DNA of 63,922 nucleotides, filler included, from Globobulimina sp. (GCA_003354225.1; 22 parts of 22 records of this genome joined end to end with filler, not necessarily neighbours in it), one strand, 5' to 3'. Positions 11,650 through 23,989 are shown, numbered from the whole stretch's first letter. A program made the numbers and translations. Notes: generated by a model not told the origin, from the letters alone.

Positions 11650-14152
11650 TCTCGGAACGTATTCTATTCTCATTCATCTCCGGGGCCTCCTCCTTACTCT
11701 CATCGAACTTATTCAGACCGGCATTGCTATCATAGGATGGAATATATCGATGGCCGCCGACTGTGGTTGGCCGCGGCTGTATATTCACCAAATCCATCGG
11801 CGTTTGATCCAAATCATTATTACATTCATTATCCTCCTCATCATCCAAACTATAATGCTTTGCCCTCAATGCCCGATGCCGAGAGACACGAGTTTTATGC
11901 TTAGTTTCTGGCGCATTTTCTCTTTCTTTCATAATGGTTGATTCGTTTTCATTTTCCCTTTTTTCGTCGGTTTTTTCTTCTGAATCTTCTTCACTGATTG
12001 GCTGCATTGGCAATGTATCCAAGATCGACTTTTCCTTTCTATGTTTTTTAGGCATTTCATCTAAAATGCGGTTCTCATTCAATATTGCTCCATTTTCTTC
12101 CTCCTCCGCCTCCTCCGCACATACTTCGACTTGTTCGGTGAAGGAATGTCTGGGCGATATTACAATATCTTTTTCTTTTTTGTATAACATATCTTGTAAA
12201 TTCTCACTTTCATTGTTTACAACGACTGTCCGATTGGCTGTTGTATATTTATTTAATTGTGGTGCCACCTCATGGTCAATGACAGCATCATTGTCTCCCA
12301 TACCCGCCATGATATGTTGTCTCATATCCATCGCCATTTTCTTTTGTTTATAATATTGCAACATTTTAGATTTCCTCATTTCTACACTATTCTGCTGCTG
12401 TTGCTGCTTATCACTATGCTGTCTATGCACAGATTTCTTTTTAATTTTGCTTATTTTGCCATTTTTATCTCGTTTCTGCTTTCTTTTATGCTTCGAACCT
12501 GCCACCTTTTTCTTTCCTTTTTGCGTGTGTTTGTGTTTGTGTTTGTGCTTTGTTTTATGCTTTTTTCTGTGTACATTCCCGTTCTCATTGCCATCGCCAT
12601 CCTCATTCTTACTTTCTTGCCTTTGCTTATGTGCCAAGTGCCTCTTATAAGCTTTTTTCTTTCTTGACAGGTATTCTTTGTACCGAATTTTTTTCACTTT
12701 CTTATCCAACAAATATTGGCGTTTTTTATCCTCATTAATCACATAAAATTCTGTATGATTCTCATTCACATTCCCGTTCTCCACATAATATAACATTTCT
12801 TTCTTATTTTCTTTCCCTTTGAAAATCTCTTTGGATGATATGCCAACAATACATGGCTCGCTATCGTCGTCATCGTCATTCTCCTCATCTTCATCCTCAT
12901 CCTCTTGATAGCTTTTAGTAAACAATAAACTTTTTCTTTTATCATGCTCCGTATGGTCAACTTCCATCATATTGGAACTTTGCGACGAATCCGAATTATT
13001 TCCATTCTCTATATACGCGCCGTCTTTATGCTGATTGCCATCATCGCGAAATAATGACTCTTTTTGTGCGTTATGATATTGCCGACGATGATCAAATACG
13101 CCCAATAAATCGGTCTGTAATTTATGTTTTTTATTATGATTCTTCCTCGCTTTGGTTTGGAACAGATTTGTTATCACATTTTCATCGTTCTGCGGCGTTA
13201 TATTGCTCGCCATGCCATTATATTTATAAATATTTGACTGTTCCATATGTCTTCTCAAATGGACGTGTATTAACATAGTATATTCTTCGTAATTGGATAA
13301 ATATGGGAAATCCCCGCCGCATTTCATCAAACTGTTTCGCGCATTGTTCAATAAATTATATAGCTGTTCTTTCATCGTTTGGTGCAAAGCAGTGCTCGTT
13401 ATATCATACACTTCGATGATGTTTATATTTTCTTGCGGATAATTTAGATTTACTTTGTCGATCATATGCTTACTAAAATTGAGCGCCAATCTGGAGGATA
13501 ACTGTTGCTTTGTCAATGTGTTGATTTCTTTCAATACAAAGTCAATGGCTAACGAGATGTGTATGGATTGCTGCTTATTGTTGGGCAATGCGCCGGTTAT
13601 ATATCGTCTGAGGTAGAATTCTGGCATTATGTCCGAGGACAGCCACGGTGCGTTGGCCTGATATAACTGTGTGTTTATAAATGCGTTTGTTAGGATTAAT
13701 GATAAAACGCGTGAGGGATACTGTGACGTATAGGATAATGCCAAGTAGCCACCTAATGATGTGCCTAATAAATGGAATTCGTCGATATTTAGATAGATTA
13801 GAAATTTATTGAATGATTTTATAAATAGTTCGACTGTCGGTGTGCTGGGGATGGTCACTGATATTAATCGATATCCTCGTAATCCTAAGCTTAATAATTG
13901 CTGAAAAAATACTTTTGCTGTGCCGGTAGTGCCTGGTATTAATATCAATGGTATTGTGTTACCGCCTGTATCATAATAGAACCATTTGTCAGCGGATACC
14001 ACTATTGATTGTAGAAAGTATTTGGATTCAAATAATCTAAAATTTTCTGATTTATCATAGGGTATACTATTCAAAGAATATTGTGCTTGTTGAGTTACTT
14101 CTGTGTGAGGATTGATTGTCTTTGCCACAAAATTAGTTAAAGATGAGAACAT
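11650..14152 (-). CDS. SPG21: Maspardin-like alpha/beta-hydrolase with a long low-complexity C-terminal extension (3' truncated)
   Basis: PLILIPGTTGTAKVFFQQLLSL, HLLGTSLGGYLA, LSSRLALN and KCGGDFPYLS...IHVHLR match maspardin. About 550 aa of acidic and His/Lys-rich tail follows. Confidence 0.85.
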
Positions 14153-14224
14153 GGTTCAACAGTAAGTCATTTTTGTCATTAAAAAAACTAGTAACTTAAG
14201 TTTTTATTGCTTACCATAGCTAGC

Positions 14225-14461
14225 ATGTGCCACCGTGTTCTTGGCAAGAATTTTGTGTATATATGTGCATTGACAGCATGTTTATCATCGGTTTTATTAG
14301 GCTATGATATTGGAGTAATGAGTGGAGCCATAGTTTACATGGAACGAGATTTATTATTATCCAAATGGGACGAAGAAATAATAATATCCTCACTCTCATT
14401 CTTTTCCGTTTTTGGTGCATTATTTGGAGGACAATTAGCATCAACTTACGGAAGAATGAAA
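14225..14461 (+). CDS. MFS sugar porter (polyol/monosaccharide transporter), N-terminal fragment
   Basis: SSVLLGYDIGVMSGA and GALFGGQLASTYGR are sugar-porter motifs. Confidence 0.85.
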
Positions 14462-14805
14462 NNNNNNNNNNNNNNNNNNNNNNNNNNNNNNNNNNNNNNN
14501 NNNNNTTAATTAATTAANNNNNNNNNNNNNNNNNNNNNNNNNNNNNNNNNNNNNNNNNNNNTAAACGAATAGATGCAACGATACTATTCGCAATGACTCT
14601 TTTCATATTGGTGCTGCGAAGAGCATTCCCAATATTGATTGATACCGACATCACTTGATGTAGACTTGTTTCTTGTTTTGTTTGTTTCTTGTTTTGTTTT
14701 GTTTGTTTGCTTACTTATTGAAAAACGAAAAACTTTTAACTGATTCTAAAAAACTTGAAAAAAGACTTAAATATAAACAAACAAATATATAATAATATAA
14801 TATAA

Positions 14806-15972
14806 TTAATTATGAATCTCTCCCATAAAACCCTTGTTCCACGAATACAACATTGTGTTTTTCTGTAATTTGGGTTGTTTGTCCATTTCCTGAAACACCA
14901 TATCTGCAGAATCAACAAAAATAAATGCATCCATAATACTAAAAACAAAGAAATCAAAAGTAATCCAAAAGTAAACGCCATAAAAAGCAGCCACCACAAC
15001 GAGAATAAATGGCAAAATAATAACAGCGAACAGTATATAGCTCACATAACACAACGCACAAATTATCCGTCGACATTTACTGGAATGAGAAAAGTCGCGG
15101 AGAATACTGGCAATCATTTCGAAATAAATGTCGTGCCATTTTACCAAATAACATACGATCCACACACACAAAATAGGAGTAACCTCAAAGAAATGTATCA
15201 AATAATAATCATATATGTATTCTACAGTAGGATACACTGCAATGTTGCTAAAATAATAACTGATTAACAAGAATGAAGTGAACAAAATCCTCGTGATATT
15301 TAGAGCAAATGCACATAACTTAAATCGTAAATGGTTTTTACTGATTGATAATAAAGGCATAAATAGCGGATATATGGACAGAATGGAGAGGAAATATAAT
15401 ATGAAATAAATCAGCATTAATAGTTGATGCCATTTAGTTGGATTGAATAAATCCGCGGGATGAGCCACCACGTAATAACACAATGTTAAGTAAATTGGCA
15501 GTCCGTTGAATAATAAATTTAGGAATATTGTGACATAAAAGAATCCGCGAATGTTTTTCTTGACATGGCTGACATATATGAGGGTGATTAGGAGTGGTTG
15601 GAAAATTGCTGCAAATATCGATACACAAAGGAAACACGATTTGGCTGTTTCTTTGTTGATTTGATATTCTTCGATTAGTGTTTCTGACATAACGCAGGAA
15701 TAACCACATACGATGACTGTGAAACCTACGGAGAGATAGAGTATCAATAACAAATTACCAATGGAATCTGGAGAATCTGGGCCATAATTCCAAAAATAAT
15801 ACATTAAAAAAATAGAATAAAAATGTCGTAATAAATTGATAATAAAAGTGCTTTTATCCCATGCCTTATTAATATCGGAAGTGTTCTTTTTTGCATCGAT
15901 TGATCTGCTGTTCAAAAGTGGACGCATTGTATTATTTCTATTATAGGAAAAGCGTTTTTGGGGACAACTCAC
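14806..15972 (-). CDS. Multi-pass membrane protein of unknown function
   Basis: 388-aa ORF with many hydrophobic segments. The start codon is uncertain. Confidence 0.55.
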   Translation of the reverse strand: MSCPQKRFSYNRNNTMRPLLNSRSIDAKKNTSDINKAWDKSTFIINLLRHFYSIFLMYYFWNYGPDSPDSIGNLLLILYLSVGFTVIVCGYSCVMSETLIEEYQINKETAKSCFLCVSIFAAIFQPLLITLIYVSHVKKNIRGFFYVTIFLNLLFNGLPIYLTLCYYVVAHPADLFNPTKWHQLLMLIYFILYFLSILSIYPLFMPLLSISKNHLRFKLCAFALNITRILFTSFLLISYYFSNIAVYPTVEYIYDYYLIHFFEVTPILCVWIVCYLVKWHDIYFEMIASILRDFSHSSKCRRIICALCYVSYILFAVIILPFILVVVAAFYGVYFWITFDFFVFSIMDAFIFVDSADMVFQEMDKQPKLQKNTMLYSWNKGFMGEIHN

Positions 15973-15990
15973 TTTTTCTCAAATCAAACA

Positions 15991-17373
15991 ATGGCGTGGC
16001 AGCAACCAGCATTGACTGATCCAGACAAACTTGGATTATTAATACAGTGTAGGATGAAAATGGATAAATTAAATGATATCCAATTGCATGGTTATACAAA
16101 TTCAATTCTTAAATTATTACCAATTCAACAATTAAAAAAACTCTTATTTGTTGGATTAAATTCAATAAAAAATGATATTCAATATGACGATTTATTTCAA
16201 ATGAGATCCTCAATCAATCAAATTATCGAAGAAGCAGAAAAATTAAAAAATAAAAATAAACCAATTAAAAAAACAACAAACAAACCGACAATACCCATTG
16301 TCAGAAAGAATGCATCATTAACTATGACAATACCATTTGATATTTTAAGTAACCATATTTGTGCATTTCTTAAAATGTCTTCCATTACAAATTTAGCAAA
16401 ATGCGATAGAAAATCAGCGATTGTTTGTCATACTCCGGTAGCAATTAGCAATTTAATGCATAGATATAATCCATATAATTATGTCAGGTGCACAGGATTA
16501 GACTCAGAGATGAGTTCTCTTTTAATTGATGGCCATTTTCCCAATATGCTCATTTCTGACTTTCATCGATTTAAAAATGTAGAAACATTAGCAATTTCAT
16601 TACAAATTATTGGAAACAGTTTGGAAATGTTAAAATTTATTTCGTTTCAGAATGTTAAGCATTTATCGTTGTATGATGCGGATTGGATTCGTTTCGCAAA
16701 TTTTAATTATATTAATGGAATGAAAGTATTTCCATCATTGCAAACAATTTCATTTGTCAATGTATTTGAGTTTTGTGTCATATTATCTTTTCTTGACACA
16801 TATATATCTTCTGCTGATCCATGGCCACAAAAACAATATTATAATAAAACTATTTATGGAATAAAAAGTATCCAATTCATTGATACTGGCTTTGAAACTA
16901 GCACTATATTCGCAAATGACGGCAAATTTTATATTGCAATCCCAACCAAATAATTTACAGATACTTAAATTTGAAAATTCATATTTTGAAAAAAGTAATC
17001 GGTCAGAATGTAATGATTCAAATGAAGAATTTTCAAACATGTAGAGAGTTGAAATGTCATTGACAGACTTAAAGGGATTTGTCTATGGGGAATCATCATA
17101 CGCTACTAACCAAAATATATTTTTTACTTTAACGCATTCAATTTTATCAAATTTAATATCATTCAATAAATTAGAATCATTACATATTCATTCATCATCA
17201 TCAAATGCATTGTGGTTTTTAAATGATAAAAATAAAAATGCATTAAAACAAATATCGGAATTATGTATTTCTATTTCTATGAATCAAACCCTGCCATTAT
17301 CACTCACTAAACTCACTCCATTGATGCCCAAGTTAAACAAGTTATGTTTAGTAATGAATATATCGGACAATAT
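15991..17373 (+). pseudogene. F-box/LRR-like protein, interrupted
   Basis: F-box-like TIPFDILSNHICAFLKMSSITNLAKCDR and LRR-like repeats. A frameshift near 16930 and an in-frame TAG at 17042 precede the continuation at 17054. An unrecognised intron or a sequence error is also possible. Confidence 0.5.
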
Positions 17374-17473
17374 NNNNNNNNNNNNNNNNNNNNNNNNNNN
17401 NNNNNNNNNNNNNNNNNTTAATTAATTAANNNNNNNNNNNNNNNNNNNNNNNNNNNNNNNNNNNNNNNNNNNN

Positions 17474-19515
17474 GTTAATTCTCCTTTGTGGCGTAAGTAT
17501 GGCTCATCTTCCAGGCAATCAAGGCTCCTGTACATAGATTTGAAGCGTTTGAGTTTCTGACAGTGGTTCAGATTCGCAAAGTTTACTGTGTTGCTGCGCA
17601 ACGTGTCAATTTTGTCCTGTTCATAGAGTCTGCGGGCATCATCCAAGATTTCCCTGCCCTGAGCGTATTCGTTGTTCGTGTTATCAAGACATTGTTGTTT
17701 TATGTTCAGATCCAATCTGTTTATGGAGGAATCTGACCATTTTGAAGCTGATTCAAAGTCAGAGACACCGAACGCTTTTATGGTGGCTAAGTGTAACGTG
17801 TATATAGAACACAGGGATGAAATATTTGAGATGAATTCTCGGTCTTTGGGGGCGGTATACGATGCGGTACAGGAATTGAATTTGGCTATATGCGGTATTC
17901 GATCTGCTATTATTTTCCTGTGCACATCTTTTAGTTTCTCCTTTGGATCATAGCCTCGCAGAACAAAGTGTTGATCGGCATATTTGACATCACATTTCGT
18001 GTTTTTGAGGGCAAATATGACGGGTCTGTGATCTGTAAAAATTGGGTTAGTATCGACTTTGAGTGAGTTAATGGAAGCTAGCTTGTCAGTCATCACATAA
18101 TCAATGATCGAACCGCCAGAGTGCGCCGTATCTTTGGATAGGCAGGTTAGAAAGTGAGGAGCAAATATCGGATTGGCAATCCGGAGTTTGGTATGATTTA
18201 GCAGTGCTTTCATGTGTCGGTAATGACCATTGGTATTATGGTCAGTTGTTTCAATTCCCAATCGCGCATTAAAATCGCCAATGACAAATATGTTATTACA
18301 CTGTTGTGTGAAGTTCTGAATGTCTGCAGTTAATGTGTTATAGAATTTTGTGCTGCGATCTGGGGATTTGGCGTTGTGTGGTCTAACATAATTGATTGAT
18401 AAACATGTGGGTTTGTCTTGACCCGTGAAGTCAATGGAGAGCCAGATGGTGTTCATTCCTCTGGTCTTTTGTATGTATTTTATCTTATTTTTTAGGTGTC
18501 TTTTTTTATATATCATTATGCCTCCAATGTTGCCGGGATTGTTGGCATGTGTTGGAGCTTTGTGGGCGATCAGGGAATACCCAGGGACGGTCCAATCGGG
18601 GCGTTTAGGGGACCTGGTATCGATGAGGCAAATTAGGTCGAGTTTATGTTGTATCACCAACTGCTGCATGTAGGGGTGAACGTGTTGCGTCTTATACTTG
18701 GCGTTTCCATTTATATTCAGGAAACCTATAGTCAGGTTCTTGAGGGATATTTTGGTGGCAATTATGGGCTCAACTTTGGGTGCGTACATCTGAAGGAATG
18801 GAAACCGTTGGATGATGTTGGGGATATCATCTTGTTTGAAAACGGAATCACTGAGATGGGCTTGGATAGTTTTATGGATTAAGTACTTTTTGTACTTTCT
18901 CAACTTGCTATGTACAGTGCGGTTGGGGGAGACAGCATATTTGAAGAGCTGATTGAGAGCGAGGATTGCATTGTTTTTCATATTGTTTATGTGGTTTGAG
19001 CGCCTTATTGGGTGCAAATTAATGCAATTGAAGCGCTGAATGGATTGCCAATGTAATATTATCTCTCTCGCACTTTTATTCTCATGGACATCCCAACGGA
19101 TGTGATATTTGTTATGTTTTATGGATTGCTGAACTGTGGGCTCTCCATCGATGTATTCGAACTCATTCAGGAAGTTATATATTTCTTTTATAACTGCAGG
19201 GTCTCTATGATAGGCATGCAGTTGTTCGCAGGAGATGTCTTCGACGGACGTGTCGGTATATGGTATCTTCTTGAAACGGAGAGGGATGTGTTTGGGGAAA
19301 GTATGGAGGATATGATATTTTATAGGGTTAAAGCGATGGACAGGCATTCTCAGTGTGATCCAACGAAATGATTTGTGCATTATTATTTGTATATGTTTGA
19401 AATAACCGCGTATGGAATGTTGATTGCGCTCAATGTATTTGTACAGATGTTGTATATGTTTATAATGCACTGTACTGAGCATATATCCAGTGTTATATTT
19501 GTGTTTCTCAGTCAT
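17474..19515 (-). mobile_element. Non-LTR retrotransposon ORF with an APE (EEP) endonuclease, truncated before RT
   Basis: APE motifs GFLNING, CLIDTR, GGIMIY, GDFNARLG, IIDYVMT and TDHRPV in an intronless 697-aa ORF. Confidence 0.8.
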
Positions 19516-20111
19516 TTATTTAGTACGGCTGAGAAGTAAATTATTTGTGTTTTTATTGCTATGGTGGGCGCTGATAAAATCAGAATGATTACGAGAGCGT
19601 ACAATAAATTTAAAACTAACAAATAAATACTTAATGATGGAGATATAATACAAAATAATGCACGCAAATTAGGGGAAATATGTATAATAAAAAAAACGGA
19701 AAACTAAAAAAAATAAAAAGACATAAAAATATGTATGATAAAAGGGGGCCAGTTCCAGCCTCCTCTCTCCTCTAAAAATCCGCTGTAATGCGCGAATAAC
19801 CGCTATCATTTTCATTTGGCACCGTTGCAGTAATCGTATATCTAACTTCTTGCATTAATAACGGGCCTGAACCAAACGAATATTTCTTGGTTAACAACGC
19901 GTTGACTTTGTCCATATTTACTGCCACATCAACGGCTTTCTGCTCATCCAATACTGCCGATTTTTCTTCTTTTCTCTCAACTAAATCATTGAAAAAAAAT
20001 CCGTCCAAACCGATATTCCCAATTAACCGCTTTGTAGTCCCTTCCAACCGCCAATCCATCAATTTACTGTCCGATATAGAATATGGGTTTTGACCCAACA
20101 TTTTCTGAATG

Positions 20112-20174
20112 ATCACGTTTTGGGTGAACATGATCTTGGATGTATCACGTTTTGGGTGATCACGTTTTGGGTGA
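20112..20174 (+). repeat. Three copies of ATCACGTTTTGGGTGA
   Basis: Exact 16-mer at 20112, 20144 and 20159. Confidence 0.85.
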
Positions 20175-20403
20175 ATTGAGCCAGAGGTAAATATCAATGC
20201 TTGAGAGCCATCTCGTTTGTCGCGGGGACGATCTTTCCACGCTTTACATCGTTCATGTTTCGTTGTGTAATTATCGCCACAGCGGNNNNNNNNNNNNNNN
20301 NNNNNNNNNNNNNNNNNNNNNNNNNNNNNTTAATTAATTAANNNNNNNNNNNNNNNNNNNNNNNNNNNNNNNNNNNNNNNNNNNNTCACAGACAGAAGAC
20401 GAA

Positions 20404-21345
20404 CTATTTTGATATGGATGATGTATTACTAATGGTCGGATTATTTTTCATTGCCTCAGCTGTTTCAATTGTTATTGTCGATAAATCAGTTTTAGTTTTA
20501 CACTTGGAATTTGTTTCCATTTCAATTGTTTTCTGCATCAAGACAACATTAGAAATACCAACACATTTAAAACAACATAAATTACATTTTACATGCGCAC
20601 CGCCGCATATTTTCTTATAATAATTATCAAAACAGGAATATGTCAACATAACACACCATAAATTACTATACGCATCAAACAGTGTAACTAAACACATAAC
20701 AATCATTGCTTGCGAATATAACAGAAATAAAGGAACCAACAATGTGAACGAAATACTAATAATATTTAAAATTGCTAATTTCGTAACGATTTGAATTAAG
20801 TCATCGTCTTCAACACAAACATGGCGATATATTGCGAGTGTTTTACCGACAAAGATTGCGAACGTTGCTATAAAAGACAGACACAAAATAAACAACGCGG
20901 CAATGGGCAAAATGTAAGCCAACGATGGCAATAAAATACCAAATATTATCAATACTGGTATCGCAATAAAAACTGTTCTGTACACAAAAACAGTGCATTT
21001 TGATAACGCAAAGGCGCTGGATTTAAATATTAAATTTAACCTCAAATAACCTAATAATAATAAGAAATAATTCTGTGCACAATAAGAAACTGGCCATAAT
21101 ATGTCTAATATGCTGTGTGTGATATTTGAATCGTAATTTGATTGTTGAGTACAATCCATACAAAGATGAATGATCATTGATACGTAGTATGCAATATTAC
21201 ATACAATAAATGCCATTCCTGCATAAAATACAAATTTCACTGATTTCTGAGAATTTTGGATAAATTTGTATAAAATTGGTAGTGTTGTTAATAAAATCAA
21301 TCCATACAAAAATATGAATATCTGAGACTCGATAGAACACGGCAT
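20404..21345 (-). CDS. 7TM GPCR-like membrane protein (lineage-expanded family)
   Basis: About 7 hydrophobic helices, RLNLIFKSSAF after TM3, and a Cys-rich tail YYKKICGGAHVKC. It resembles 59991-61014. Confidence 0.7.
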   Translation of the reverse strand: MPCSIESQIFIFLYGLILLTTLPILYKFIQNSQKSVKFVFYAGMAFIVCNIAYYVSMIIHLCMDCTQQSNYDSNITHSILDILWPVSYCAQNYFLLLLGYLRLNLIFKSSAFALSKCTVFVYRTVFIAIPVLIIFGILLPSLAYILPIAALFILCLSFIATFAIFVGKTLAIYRHVCVEDDDLIQIVTKLAILNIISISFTLLVPLFLLYSQAMIVMCLVTLFDAYSNLWCVMLTYSCFDNYYKKICGGAHVKCNLCCFKCVGISNVVLMQKTIEMETNSKCKTKTDLSTITIETAEAMKNNPTISNTSSISK

Positions 21346-21379
21346 GCTTACCTTAAAAACTTTAATTAATATTTAATCA

Positions 21380-23089
21380 ATGACAACTCAAATAATGAAT
21401 TCAGAGCAAACATACGATCCTAATTCAAATTCAAATTCAACACCAATCACACCAGATTCTCCCCCATCCTCTGGCAACACACCTCAATCTCCAGTATCTC
21501 CACCACCACTGACTCCACTACCTCCACCACACAACAACCCAAATAATACCTCATTCGCCACAAAACTCATCCCGGCATCCATGATATCCATGAATAAGAC
21601 ATCCATACCATTACCACCCACCAAACCAACCAAAAACAATACCAATTATCCTAGCGCCAAAATGAACAAATCCCATCACTCAGATTCGCGCCAATCACGC
21701 AGTCGCAGCCGCAGCCGCAGTCGTGAACGTAATTCGAAAAACAAAAAATGCAAAGCCAAGCGGCACTGCACACACAATCACAACCAAAAAGACAATGTAT
21801 GCATGGATTTAACCATGACAACGACGCCAATATCCCCCGATAGCGACAGCTCCGAAAGTGACATCCAAATCATTGGCGCCAGAATGAACCCCTCCACATC
21901 CACACACTCACAGTCACAGTCTCGGTCTCGCGTAGCCGCTACGAACCAAATCATCAACAAATCCTCAGATATCTCATTTTGTGACAACTATAATTTCGAA
22001 CGTTACACCTTAGATGGAATTGGCGGCAAATTATTGCGCAAAGCCGGCTGGGACGGCAACAAAAACACGTTGTATGAGAAGGAGAATGGTCCCATTACAT
22101 TGTCCACCAAATATCGATCGTTGCAGAGGAAAAAAAATGGATTGGGTTACAACCACACAAACCATAATGGGCTATCATTGCTGAATGGTTATCGGCCAAT
22201 GATAATCGGTGCAAAACGTGTACCGTTTCCCACGGCATGCCGACCGTCGCTGGGCTCGAATACCATGGCTACGGCCATTGTGTTGGATGATGAGTCGGAG
22301 GAAGGCGACGATGATGTTATTATATTGGAGCAATATGAGATAAAACAGAAGAAGAAGGCACACAAAAATAGATCCTATGATAAAGTGATTGCGAAACTGA
22401 AGGTTGAACGCGAAGGAATTACAAAGAAATACATCTTGAAACAGTTCAGAAGTAAACAGTGTGCCGTGACCAAGATGGTGGTCAGTCTCATCGACTCCTA
22501 TTCGCAGTGCAGGATCGGCGTACCGGTGCGGGGCAAATATTGCAATCATTTGCAGCCCTTTGATGCGCAGTGCTTTTTGCTGCGGGCCAGGAAGTATCAA
22601 AAATGTACGCAGTGCAATCAGAGTATTAAGCGGAAGGATTTATTGCGGAATGAATACTTTGAAAATATATTTGAGTGCATTGTGGATGAGAATGTGGAAC
22701 AGATTGAGATTATGAAGGATGCGACGTGGAAAGTTGTGGCGGGGAAAGGCAAAAAAGAGCAAATAAAACAGAGGAAACTGAGAGAGAAAGTTATTGTGGA
22801 TTTGAGTGATAATGAAGAGGATGAGGGGGATATATGCGACAGTGATGAGGAGCGAGATGTTGATATTGATGGAAATGATGATAATCTGACGGATGATATG
22901 GGTATGAATAGTGAGAATGTGATTGTATTGAGTTCAGATGATGAGGATGAGGATGATGACGATGATGATTATGTTAATGATCCACGAATTATTAATCAAA
23001 TTTTAAATAAAAAAAATAAAAAAAGGATAGATGTGGGAGTCCTCGATGTGGTGGATTTGTTAGATTCAAGTGATGATGAATCATGCTGA
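21380..23089 (+). CDS. G-patch plus SP-RING (zf-MIZ) protein with RS repeat and several SUMO-interacting motifs; putative SUMO E3 ligase
   Basis: G-patch GIGGKLLRKAGWDG...RKKNGLGY. SP-RING VSLIDSYSQCRIGVPVRGKYCNHLQPFD...CTQC. RS repeat SRSRSRSRSRE. SIMs AIVLDDE, DDDVIILE, VIVDLSD, VIVLSSDD and VVDLLDSSDD. Confidence 0.8.
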   Translation: MTTQIMNSEQTYDPNSNSNSTPITPDSPPSSGNTPQSPVSPPPLTPLPPPHNNPNNTSFATKLIPASMISMNKTSIPLPPTKPTKNNTNYPSAKMNKSHHSDSRQSRSRSRSRSRERNSKNKKCKAKRHCTHNHNQKDNVCMDLTMTTTPISPDSDSSESDIQIIGARMNPSTSTHSQSQSRSRVAATNQIINKSSDISFCDNYNFERYTLDGIGGKLLRKAGWDGNKNTLYEKENGPITLSTKYRSLQRKKNGLGYNHTNHNGLSLLNGYRPMIIGAKRVPFPTACRPSLGSNTMATAIVLDDESEEGDDDVIILEQYEIKQKKKAHKNRSYDKVIAKLKVEREGITKKYILKQFRSKQCAVTKMVVSLIDSYSQCRIGVPVRGKYCNHLQPFDAQCFLLRARKYQKCTQCNQSIKRKDLLRNEYFENIFECIVDENVEQIEIMKDATWKVVAGKGKKEQIKQRKLREKVIVDLSDNEEDEGDICDSDEERDVDIDGNDDNLTDDMGMNSENVIVLSSDDEDEDDDDDDYVNDPRIINQILNKKNKKRIDVGVLDVVDLLDSSDDESC

Positions 23090-23370
23090 TGGTTTTTTTT
23101 TTATTGTTTTTTTTTTGTAATTTCGGTTTGTTTGTTCTTAACGCACCGAGAAAATTGTTCGGAACTGTATTAATTTTAACTTGTACCCCAACACAGNNNN
23201 NNNNNNNNNNNNNNNNNNNNNNNNNNNNNNNNNNNNNNNNTTAATTAATTAANNNNNNNNNNNNNNNNNNNNNNNNNNNNNNNNNNNNNNNNNNNNATGA
23301 TTAGTGCTAATATATTGATCATATATATATATTATCTAAACTAATATATATATATATTAGCGAGCTCATA

Positions 23371-23989
23371 CAGTGAAGTAAGCTTAAAATGACGTTTTTT
23401 CGAACAGCAGCATAATGACAACTTTGAAACTTTCAAGTGTCAAAATTAGCATCTGGCATATGGTATCATCACGCACACGCATTAATATTTCAAATTGGGT
23501 CATTTTAATGGTACAATCAAGGAATATATTAAATCACAAACGAAATACACGAAACTGATGAATAAGTATTTATGTGTGAATAGAATTTATGTGATTGATT
23601 CAAAATTTTTATTGTGATATGTATCGCTCATCATGAGATATACTCCATTATAGAAATCATATGGCTGTAAAGTAATAATGGAGTAAAACTGAAAAGGAAA
23701 GACATGGATAGCATAACGAATCACAAAACTAGACATCAAATGAAGCATTTTTGAAGATCCAATCTCTTATTTTGCGCATTTGGCCATTCAATCATTGCAC
23801 CAAAACTCCAGCGACCATACCATGATAAAAATCGTTAGAAAATTAGTTGTGCACAAAATCAGTTCATACTCTTATTTAGTATTCTTCAGAAGGATATTAC
23901 TCGCTCTGTGAAATAATTTTGCCAAAAAGTCGTGTTCCTTTTGAGAAAACCAGTACACGAAAAAACGTGATTTTAAGCTTACTTCACTG
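23371..23989. mobile_element. Non-autonomous Tc1/mariner-type MITE (619 bp)
   Basis: 32-bp TIR CAGTGAAGTAAGCTTAAAAT(G/C)ACGTTTTTTCG with one mismatch, flanked by TA on both sides (23369-70, 23990-91). No coding capacity. Confidence 0.9.

Noticed and set aside
17039-17056. In-frame TAG as evidence of stop-codon reassignment
   Set aside because: It is a single case next to a frameshift. TAA, TAG and TGA all end other genes here (1850, 20404, 23089).
19772-20197. 141-aa ORF as a gene
   Set aside because: Its N-terminus is translated tandem repeat and it has no recognisable motif.
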